Of a DNA stretch of 64,000 nucleotides, positions 27,501 to 39,509 are shown piece after piece. Numbering within the stretch: the stretch's first letter is position 1; each line of letters starts with the position of its first letter. The notes beneath the pieces were generated by a model that ran no database searches, was not told the DNA's origin, and saw nothing but the letters and a program-made list of their open reading frames with translations. The stretch lies in assembly GCF_001194135.2 (NCBI RefSeq), contig NC_068982.1, positions 45,052,145-45,116,144 on the forward strand, written 5' to 3'. Made by a program: the position numbers and the translations under genes. The DNA comes from Octopus bimaculoides. Lineage: Eukaryota.

Positions 27501-28235
27501 AAGATTACCAAGCACTGTGCCTCTTTACCATCAACTTAGGAATATTCTGGAAACATCAAGAACATCACTCTTCCCCCACCTCAAACTAAATATAACTTCT
27601 AGGTCAGGAGATGACACGTCTAGTAATATCAGTTTCAAATTTTGGCACAAGGCCAGCAGTTTCAAGGTAAAGTTGACCCCAGTGGTATTTAAACTCAGAG
27701 TGTAAAGATGAACAAAATGCTGCCAAGCATTTTGCCAGTAGCACTAATGATTCTGCCAGCTCGCCACCTTGAAATGTCTTGTAATTTTCTTATAGGATTG
27801 TTATAAATGTCAACTTTCATATATTCAGTATGAATTAACAACAGTACAATACATTTTGTTTAGCAACGAGTTCCTCAAGAGCCATAGATGAAAGAAAATA
27901 TATTTAGCCAAACTAATGCTTATGGATTAAATGTTTCTTCACTTTCAGACTTATTTTTGGGTTCTTTATTTTAAGTGGCCAGACAGTTCATTTCAATTTG
28001 TCCACCTGCTGGAATATAAGTAATCACAAATGGCATTTTTATATCTAAGCCTCACCAAGGACCCACTAGTGAACTGAATCTAGGGTTATAATTTGGATTT
28101 AGTACTTGCATTATCAACAGTATCCAGCTAACACTTCAATGTTGTTTTATTTCACTTTGAGTTCTATGTGATCATACTTAACCATTTCTGGTATCATACA
28201 AGTTGTTATACCTTGAGAATCCTCATAATTAAATC

Positions 28236-28266
<31 letters not shown>

Positions 28267-28287
28267 CATATGTATGTATGTGTGTGG

Positions 28288-28333
<46 letters not shown>

Positions 28334-29151
28334 NNNNNNNNNNNNNNNNNNNNNNNNNNNNNNNNNNNNNNNNNNNNNNNNNNNNNNNNNNNNNNNNNNN
28401 NNNNNNNNNNNNNNNNNNNNNNNNNNNNNNNNNNNNNNNNNNNNNNNNNNNNNNNNNNNNNNNNNNNNNNNNNNNNNNNNNNNNNNNNNNNNNNNNNNNN
28501 NNNNNNNNTTATCATTATTTAACGCCTGTAAGGCGGCATGCTGGTAGAAACGTTAGCATATTGGGTGAAATGCTTAGCAGTATTTTGTCTGTTTTTATGT
28601 TCTGAGTTCAAATTGCGCCGAGGTCGACTTTTCCTTTCATCCTTTCGGGGTCAATAAATTAAGTACCAGTTGGGTACTGGGCCGATCTAATCGACTGGCC
28701 CCCTCCCACTAAATTTCAGGCCTTGTGCCTAGAGTAGAAAAGATTATTTAACATCTGTTTTCCATGCTGGCATGGTTTGGACAGTTTGACAGGAGCTGGC
28801 CAGGCCAATCATTGCACCAGGCTCCATTTTCTGTTTTGACATGGTTTCTATAGCTGGATGCTCTTCCTAACACCAATCACTCAACAGGGTGTCTTGGGGA
28901 CCATTTTATATGGCACCAGGATATATATATTTTTTTACTTGTTTCAGTCATCTGACTGCAGCCATGCTGGAGCACCGCCTTTAGTCAAGCAAATCGATCC
29001 CAGGACTTATTCTTTGTAAACCTAGTACTTATTCTATTGGTCTCTTCTGCCGAACCGCTAAGTTATGGAGACCTAAACACACCAGCATCGTTTGTCAAGC
29101 AATGTTGGGGGGACAAACACAGACACACAAATATATACACACACATGTATG

Positions 29152-29196
<45 letters not shown>

Positions 29197-29665
29197 TGTA
29201 CATTTAAACACATAAGAGATGGCCATAATCGGACATCTAAACCACTAAAGGGAGTAGCTAAAATACAAACCACAATTAGGGGTAATTTCGAAAGGGAATG
29301 AAAGGGATTTTAACTACTCCTTCTAGCGGTTTAGATGTCCAATTATGGCCATCTCTTATGTGTTTAAATGTACACTGTATATATAATGAATAATATATAG
29401 TCTATTGACTAGTTTTTCTACACGCTAGGCCACGGTGGTAAAAAATTTCTAAATAATATTTTACCACCCTGAAATTTATTAATATATATATGTATGTATA
29501 TATAAGACGGGCTTCTTCCAGTTTCCCTCTACCAAATCCACTCACAAGGCTTTGGTCAGCCCGAGGCTAAAGTAGAAGACATTTGCCCAAGGTGCCACAC
29601 AGTGGAACTGAACCCAGGACCATGTGGTTGGTAAGCATGTTACTTACCACACAGCCACACCTGTG

Positions 29666-29702
<37 letters not shown>

Positions 29703-32700
29703 GACATGCTTCTTTCAGTTTCCGTCAACCAAATCCACTCACAAGGCTTTGGTCAGCCCGAAGTTATAAGAGAAGACACTTACTCAAGGTGTCACACAGT
29801 AGGACTGATCCTGGAACTATGTGGTTGGGAAACAAGTTTCTTACCACACAGCCATGCCTGCACTGCACATGTGTGTGTGCGTCCACACACACTTGCACAT
29901 ACACATCAATGCCTTTGTGGCTGTGTTTGTCCCTCAGCAACTGATGTCAGTAGAAAGAGACCAATAGAATAATGACTGGACTTCAAAAAGAGAAACTGGG
30001 GTCAAATTCTCCAACTAAAACCCCTTCAAGATAGAGCCCAGCAAGGCTGCAGTCCAGTGACTGAAACAAGTATAAAGAATAGTCTTCCTTGTTCTTTGTA
30101 AGTCAATTCAGTTATAAACAACATGTGACAATATTATTGGGTTGGTTCATAATTATTGTGGCTCTTTTTTCAACAAAAACAATAACAACATGCAACAAAA
30201 ACATCTTTAAATGATTATTCTGGAGCATATTCACCATCTACTTCAATTACTGCTTCCCATTTGCTTAGCAGATGGTCAGACCGTCGTTCAAAGATGTTTT
30301 TGTTAAATATTGTTATTGTTTTTGTTGAATAAAATTTGTTGAAAAAAAAAAAAATCGCAATAATTATGCACCAACCCAATACTATGAAACTTATGAGATG
30401 AAACTAAATAAAAGATGGCTTGTGAATATGCAGGAGCTTGAACATGGCTACAAGAACCTGGTTAAAGTGAAAGAATGCTAAGAGATGAGTTCATCAGCAG
30501 AGTATCAATGTCCCATCACCTCCACCACCACCACCACCCGCTGACAGGTACAACAAAGATAACAGAACATGTAAGAAATAACATCTGAATGGAAGGTGCA
30601 TGCTGGGAAAGGAGGTGGTACAAGGTGGTAATATAGGCTACAAAATGGAGCAAAGTCAAAACAAAATAAGGATGCACAGGGGACAGATATCATCTAGGAA
30701 GGTGAGACAACAGTGAATCATGTTGAAAGGTGATAGGTTGTGAATAAACTATAAATATTTATTCAATAATAAATTGATACATGTATTTGTGTACAGATGA
30801 TAATATCAGGTATTAGATAGCTTTCCAAATCTAGATATTTGCAATAATTCTATGACTAAATACTAATTATTAAATTATGCACACGTTTTTGCAATAGGTA
30901 TCTTTTCTACTATAAGCACAAGGCCTAAAATGTTGAGGGGAAATGGGTTAGTCAATTACACCAATCCCAGTATTCAACTAGTACTTACTTAATGGACCCA
31001 AAAAGGATGAAAGTGAAAGTTGACCTCGGTAGTATTTGAACTCAGAATGTAAAGCCAGAAGGAATACTGCTAAGTATTTTGTCCAGCATGATTCCACCAA
31101 CTCAAGAATACGCAGTAAATATAGAGAACACTTAGTAATCCAAGCCATGTGGGAAAAGGAAGGGAATGGGAGAGGGAGCAATAGCAATAGAAAGACCAGA
31201 AACAATGGCTGAGAGGTGGGAGTGGGGCAAGAGTATAATTGAGGAGAAGTACTCAATAACCTTAGGGTGTGTACATTTGTGATAGTGAGTGAAGATGGGA
31301 AGAGAAGAGACAACAAGGACATCAGATAGACCAGAAAGGGTAGATAAAAGAACCAAGAGTATAATGCAAAGGCAGGGGTTATTGGAGGAGGAGTCAGATG
31401 GAGCAGGGTGATTGACAGTAGCAGAAGTGGACAAAGGTTAACAGGAGTGATGAGACAGATGTAAAGGTAAATGACAGGTGGTACCAGAAGTGGCCAAGCA
31501 GAGAGGGAGAGGAAGAGGGAGATGGTATATTGGGTAGGGAGTTGAGGGTGGTCTGATGCTGTGTCATATACACAGGCCTAGTGAAGGACAAAGGAGTTGG
31601 AGTGATGAGGATGATGTCAACACAAGTAGTGGAGAGATGGAGAGTTATGAGTGATAAAGAGACAAACAAGGAGAGAGGGTGAACAATATGGGGATAAATG
31701 ATGCAAAGTAAAGAGGGTAGCTAATATTAGGCTTTGCCAGGTACAAAATATTTCAGCCTCTAAATATGACAGTTCTATATTTAAAAGATGAGGAATTATG
31801 TACATTATTTACATTTAACAGATATTTGTCCTCATCTTGTTTGTTGTTAACATAAGGCTGATATACCCTCCAGGCTTCATCAGGTGTCTTGGGGAAATTT
31901 AGAACCAACCTGGGTTCTCATTCCTAAGGTATTTTTTGGTGTTATTATTATTATTCAGGTCACTGCCTGGAATTGAACTTGGAATCTTGGAGTTAGTCAC
32001 CCTTACTCTTAACCACTATGCCATATGCCGGGGCATATGGTGTAGTGGTTAAGAGCAGGGGCTACTAACCCCAAGATTCCGAGTTCGATTCCAGGGAGTG
32101 ACAACAACAACAACAACAACAGCAACAGCAACAGCAACAGTAACAGCAACAACAACAAAAAATACCTTAGGAATGAGAACCCAGGTTCGAAATTTCCCCA
32201 AGACACCTGATGAAGGCCGGAGGGTATATCAGCCGAAACGTGTTAACAACATACAAGATGAGGACAAATATCCGTCAAATGTAAATAATGTACTCTAAAT
32301 ATTACCCTCATACCAGGGTGTGTTTTGCTGTGGGTGGACAGATCATCACTAATCAGTATGGTCTTTTGTTGTCTGCTCTGCAAAATGCCGCATCTTCAGT
32401 CCAGTCTTTACCACTTCATCACAATTCTTCTTTCATCCCCCACCACCACCACCACCATCTACATCGGCTCTCCCTAGTCCAGCAGTCATCCCCTAAACAT
32501 CTCACATGCCCATATTAATGCGACCTTCTCTCTTGTATACTATACCTGATTCTTCTTCACTGAGATATATCTCTCAGATTATTTATACACTGTTCATATG
32601 CCCCCAACATTATCAGCAACATTTCAGATTTCAAAAAATACTATCATAAAATAATTGCCACACACATTTTATCCAGAAATCCAGAAAATTATACATACAA

Positions 32701-35700
32701 ACCATTTTTACCTGTTTTACCTGACCCCAAGCTCTACACCAACTACCTCTAATAATCCTAGAAAAACAGAGGCTGTCATACAATAAGCCCACTTTGCCAG
32801 TCTTTTCTGTGGCCACATAAGCTTTAGATCATCTTTGAATATTCTAAAGAGAAATACAAGGGCAACAGCCTATATGTTGACATGTAGGGAAGCTCTGCAT
32901 CCCCTCGTGCCAACCATTGACTAACAATGTATATAGTAATACTTGTGGAACAGCAGCATAGTCGAGATGGTATGTTTTCTTCTCTTACTCTTGTTTTTTG
33001 CAAACATCTTCAAAATAACTTTCTAAAATGAAATTCCATTATGCAGCTGAGGAGTACATTTTCATTGTACATTCTGTTGTGTTCTCACTACATGAATAAA
33101 TGGAGCTTGTATGAAACGTACATACTGCTATAACCTATTGAATTTTTGTTGCTTATCTTCAAATTTTATTCACCAAATCTCTTGATTTTGTTTTTGGTTT
33201 TTATCCTACCAAATTCTGGTGCCTCAAACATTTTAAGTACCACATTTAATCTTTTGATTAAATCTATATTATTATAGTAATACTTGAGTAGATTGAACCA
33301 GGGTATATTGTAAATACTAGATCAATAACATTTGATCAGGTACCACCAGAACATAAATCTTCTCAAGAAGGAAGTTATTCAACAGCTACAACAGTGGATG
33401 AAAAATGAATGAAAACAGGTGAGGGTTAGGACAATGTTTAAGACAGAGACGACAGTTAGTGAGAAATGGAAACAGAGTTTCATGCCAAAGATGTTAGAAG
33501 TTGAAGGACAGAAAGTGTGAGGTTAGCAGGGCTACATCAAGAAGAACAAGGTTCGTAGAAAGCAGGAATTAAATATAATGGTAAGAAAAACTGGTTTTTT
33601 GGGTTTTTTTTTTTTTAATTTTAATGCAAATATGATGCCTTAGGGAGAAAAGTTGGCTACACATATACCTGATACTCTGAGGGAGATGAAAAATTAAATA
33701 TGAAAGAATCATTTAGAAACAAAATGCAGTGACCTGCATTTAAATTAGAACAGGAGGAGAAAACAGTAGTTAAATGTAGAAATGAAATACTAAATACAAA
33801 CTTCAAACTATAGATATAGAAATAGTATCACTGTAAATGCATTAGATTACATTACTATATCAATACGTGCATGTATGTGTAAATATATTAATACATTATG
33901 AGACAAACAATTATAATGTAAATCACAACAATAACTATTCAGAAATGATATGATTATGCACACAGAGCAGGATGCCAAAATGCATTTTGAAATAATACCT
34001 AAGTTGCAATAAATCTATTTGAAAAACATGATGATAAGAATGAGCTTCTCCATTGCTATTGTTACAACGCCTCAAAGGCAAGGAACAGAGTTCTGAGTAG
34101 GTAGCAGTGACGGGGTGGATGGTGTCATCAAGGATTTGTGAGAGAAATGGATAGATCAGGAGTTCGCAACAACTTTTTATTTATGGACCCCTTTGATTAC
34201 TATTTTATTCTTGTGGACCCCTTGGCCATTCAATGTTTAAAAACTAGTTTTAATAGAAACATCTTTCAAAATTCCTATTTTGTTTTTCACAAATTAACTT
34301 GTGTAAGTAGAACTATGTAAAATGTCAGAGAAAGGAACCTAACTGATTCTTGCAACACATATCAATAAATACACCTAAAGCAAAATTTTTTCAGGGGCCT
34401 ATAAAATACTAATGTAGATCCCCAATTTACTATTTTGTTATGTGGACCCAAACCCCTCGTATATGAACCCTCAAGGGCCATATGGACCCTAGTTGAGAAC
34501 CACTGGGATAGATAAAGTGAATGAAGTAGTCAGAGTGTATGATAGGGTACTTAAGCTTAGACTAGTCTTGGAAAACATCACAGCATTTATTTCTGCATAC
34601 ACTCCACAGGCTGGCTTGGCATATGAACAGAAAGACCTTTTCTAACATACACACACACATGGATACGTTTTGTGGATTATGTAGGGATGATAAAATGATA
34701 GTATCAGAATGCGAAATGTAGCTGATGTTCTCAAATTAAATTACTTCATTTATACAATTGTTCAATTTCAGCAAAAATAGAACTTCCCCATTCGCTGACA
34801 CTTTAAATCTGAAATAAGATATCTCAGAAAGATGCATTTGTGTTTGCATATACATGTATTGTTGTCATCCTCATTCTACATCTATTTTTCTATGCTGACA
34901 TATGTAGTATGGTTGTCATAGCAACTGGCCATTGATAGCATAATGATATTTAGGCAAAAATATTTGCTAACACATCAAAATACAATTAGGCAACAATATA
35001 TCCAATTTGATGAATTGCCACAAGAACAAAAAATGAAAGAGGGACTTAGAAAGTGTATCGCACATTTTAATTATTCAAAGTGGGATCAACTTTTATTCAA
35101 TCTCTATTTTACTGTCTACAATGAGGTCATTTAATAAATGTGACAGATGTTTAAAGCTCTGATGTATTTGTAGTAACGTAAATGAAATACATAAAGATAA
35201 ATGTTAACGTAAGGTTATTATTTTAAAGCAAGGTTAAGAATAACAACAGAATGTTTACTGAAGGAACGATTCAATATGAAAAACAAAGTTAAACATTATA
35301 ATTTATTTTGATGGCAACTTTAGCTTTCACATGATGGTTTATTCAACTAGACTGGTTGAATAAGTCATTAAGTGAACATATAATTAGTATCTTCCTCATG
35401 TTTATCAGAACTCCTAAGTTTTATGTGAAGCTTCTTTTTGCATCTTAACAACACTAACCAAAAACCCAAACAGATAAGAAATACAAAACTCATCATTAAA
35501 CTAATTCAACAAATCAAACCAGAAAATATAATTCAACCACATCAGAGAATAAACCATTCAAGTTCATATTTGTCACCACTTTATTACTTAAAACGCAACT
35601 ATTCTTACAAAACATGGTGATGTGAATGCACAGAAGTGAAAGAAGAGACATCATGTGTGCTAGAAAAGAAAATATATTTTTAAGAAATTTTGTTGTAGAG

Positions 35701-38700
35701 AAATTACTGCGTGCTATTAAACAGTCTGAACTTGAAAGTGTTCAGAAGAAAAGATTTAACTTGGCTGATCTCTCTAGTATAAATCCAGTTAGAATGGAAA
35801 TAACTAACATTTCATAGGCATTTTATAGACATATAATTCTTTTTTAGTAACAGAGGGCTAAGTAATTTTTTTTTTTTTTCTTTTTAAACCTAATGTAGCA
35901 CTGAATAGAAAAGAAGACTGTAGCCAAGTGTGAAATCAAGAACCAGTTTGTTAAAGACCATACAGGATGCAGAGTTAGGTAAGAGAAATATATTTTGAAA
36001 ACCAAGCATGCGTAAGAGAATATGATGAAGAATTATCCCGTGCAAAAGTTAAAGGCTTATCCTTTCTGAGAAATAGAATAACAAAAATAGCATTTATTTC
36101 TCTCTCTCTCTCTCTCTTTCTCTTTTTCATTATCAGAATTATTCTTAAAGTAAAACTTTTCCACAAAATATCTCTACTGAAAGACATAAGACTTAAGAAC
36201 AAATTAACTTATACTTTTAATTCATTTTTAAAAATTTCATCTCTCAATGTTGCTTCTCAAATTGTCAACCAAAAATCTACAATAAAAACAGGTATAGTTA
36301 TTGAATTAATCTAAATATACCCCTGGTACTTAATTTATCAACTGCAGAGGAATGGAAAGTTAAGTTGATTTCAGCAGAATTTGAACTAAGAATGTAAGAG
36401 ACATAACAAAACACTGAGTCTGGAATTCTACAGTTTCTGTCACTGTTGTCCTATTAGATTTCTTAATTTGACTAACATTTTTCTAGGACTTCTACAACAG
36501 CAATTAACATATAAAAGTATTAAGTGAAAATAATTTTCTTATCCTTTTACCCTTATCTCCTTTAGATCTCTCTCCCTTTTGTATCAATATACAACTAGAC
36601 AACAAAGAAATTTATAATTTCATTAAGGACAGCCTTTCATGTGAGTAAATGCACTGGTCTGCTCTTTCAAATATATCAAAGCTAAAGCAATAGGATAGAT
36701 GAGGGAAGCAGAGGAAATCACTTACCCAGGATGAGTCAACCTGAAAGTCAATAGGATCAAACAAAAAAAAAAAAGAAAACAAATAAAATAAAATATATAT
36801 ACATAAATCACAATTAATGATGAAAATGTTAATATGGCTGAAAATATATTGGCTTCATATTTTAATTTTGAGTCATAAGTTTGGTACTGGGAACCGAAGA
36901 CATCTAAAACAGCAATGGGTTTTGTTTTATATTAGAAGTTTCATTAAATATTTCCATCATAATGACTTTTCTTTCTTTTTTTTTAACCAACCAAAACATG
37001 ATAATATTAAAACAAAATAATATGATAGGAGAATTAAATAATGATCCTAAATTAGTTAAAATTATAAGAAATATTGTGTCTATGTTATACAGATAATGGC
37101 TAGAGCACTTTCTGCACTACCTGGAATGTGGATCTCCTTTGTTCCACTATTATCAGCAGTACAGATTTAATATACGAGATACATGAGTTAGCAAAGAGGA
37201 CTAATAACAGCTTGTATCAAGTTTGTTAAAGAGAAATCAAAGATTTTACGAACAAAAATAAATAGTAGATCAACATGCAGGAACAATATTGAGATATTCA
37301 GTAGCCTTGCTTCAATAGAGGTAGAAGAAAATGAACTGATGAAGCTTATAGCTGGACCAGAAAGATGACAACAGTAACAACAGCATACAATGACCACATC
37401 CACAAAACAGTACTTAAAGACAGACTGACAGAGGATTACTCCATATAATAGACACTTGGCAGCTACAGGACTAGAAATGACATTAGAAAATGTGAAGAGA
37501 AGCTTAAATTAAATCAAATTAAATGCTGAGTTTATTTGACAATCATGTAGAAAATCAATATTTGTAACATCAAACAATTTCTAAATGCATGAAAAAAATA
37601 AAAATTATTTACATCTCTTTTTACAACTAAATGCTTCACATCTATTTGGGAAGAGAAATGGAAATGAGATGTTCAACATCATTAATTGATGATATAAATG
37701 AAGCATTTCTCATTGGGAACCAAAAATTTATTGAGATAACAGTAACCATCATAATAATGATAATAAAAATAATATTTCTATCTTCAAACCAAAACCACAA
37801 ATTTTTGTGGAAAAGTATAGCCAATTGTGAATGGCACTTATAGTAACTATCTGGAAATATGAAAAGAAAAATTCAACTCCAGTAAGATGTGAAGGAAAGT
37901 AACAAAATATTGGTCTCAAATTTTGGGACAAAGCCAACAAGTTCAGGGGAGAGGGCAAGTTGTTTACATTGACCCCAGTGCCCAACCAGTACTTATTTTA
38001 TTGACCCCCAAAAGGATGAAAAGCAAAGCTGACCATGGCAGAGTTTGAAACATTAAGACAGATGAAATACTGCTAAGCATTTTGCCCGGATACTGCAGAA
38101 TATTGCAAGGCATTTAGTCAGGCACTATAACATTCCTGCCACTCAGCTGCTACAGCAACATTAATATTATCATGAAGGTAATTAAGAAATTTATTGTGAA
38201 TTTGTGAAAAACATACCTGTTGGGGTGAGATGTTGGCAAAAGAAACTTGAATTCAACAACACAGAGACTATTCAAGAGTTGATCATGACGCAAACACACA
38301 AGTTCATAAGCAGTATAGGCTCTTCGGACATACACCTTAAATATTGGAAAGGTAAACAAAGAAAATAAAGGACAAATACATAAAATAGTGGTTTAATTTG
38401 GGATAAAAGAAAATACCATGATTAGATAAAGTGGTCATACTGCTCAATCAAACAGAAGTAAATAGTGAAGAGAAATGATTGTAAATGTAAATCAGCATGA
38501 GATTTAATGAGAGATAAGATCATTTACACCCTTCCACACATATATTTGCTTCCTTTAGACTGCAGTTATGCCAAGGCACCACTTCCTGGGACAGACGGGG
38601 GAGGGACCCTTTTTATATCAAAAAGTTGCATTAAATTAAATGCAATCCAAAAAGGCTGGATATAAATATGTGGACAAAATGCACATTAAATGATATCAAT

Positions 38701-39477
38701 GATAGGAATAATGAACTTGTTGTTGTTGGCACTCCATTGCTTACGACGTCGAGGGTTCCAGTTCAACGGAACAGCCTGCTCATGAAATTAACGTGCAAGT
38801 GGCTGAGCACTCTACAGACACGTGTACCCATAACGTAGTTCTCGGGGGATATTTAGCGTGACACAGTGTGACAAGGCTGAACCTTTGAATTACAGGCACA
38901 ACAGGAAGTAAGAGTAAGAGAAAGTTGTGGTGGAAGAGTATAGCATGGTTCGCCACCCTCCCCTGCCGGAGCCTCGTGGAGCTTTAGGTGTTTTTGCTCA
39001 ATAAACACTCACAACGCCCGGTCTGGGAATCAAAACCGCGAGTCCACTGCCCTAACCACTGGGCCATTGCGCTTCCACAGGAATAATGAACTATACTGCT
39101 AATATTTAGCTAATTTCATAATTACTGCAAAAATTCTCAAACTGAGTGGGAAAATACCCAAACTTGTGATAATTAAAAGCTTTATTTGCTGAAGAATGAT
39201 TCAAAGAGTCTAAATTTCAAATTTCATTTCTAAAACTATTACAAGATAAATGAATCCACAAATGCCTTTGTAAAGAAAATTTGTCTTCTGTAACAATATT
39301 ACTTAGAAGACTTACCTCTAAAGCTGCTGTTCTCACCAAAGAGTTTGAATGGAAAAAGAATTCTTGCAAAACATCATAAATAGCAGTCTCAGAATTAATA
39401 AGTTTCTAGGAAGAAGAAAAAGATGATGATAATAATAATAATAATAATGATAATTAATAATAATAATAATAATAATA

Positions 39478-39509
<32 letters not shown>

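Noticed and set aside
28168-28605. Long ORFs spanning N runs (also 42220-43207)
   Set aside because: Artefacts of translating assembly gaps.
29428-29470. GGTGGTAAAA/TTTTACCACC hairpin followed by CTAG on the minus strand, Helitron-3'-like
   Set aside because: Single instance, no 5' TC end or second copy; too weak to call.
31140-31750. Purine-rich stretch with antisense ORFs (30978-31805)
   Set aside because: Low-complexity, probably a decayed repeat; no domain recognised.
33344-33385. 42-nt exon-like segment in the large intron
   Set aside because: Weak donor GTACCT, and in the required phase 2 it reads TGT TGA (stop).
37121-37146. 26-nt exon-like segment
   Set aside because: No polypyrimidine tract and not frame-preserving on its own.
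37336-37364. CTGATGA-AGCTTATAGCT...GAAA hammerhead-like string
   Set aside because: Six extra nucleotides separate stem II from GAAA, and there is no stem I or cleavage triplet.
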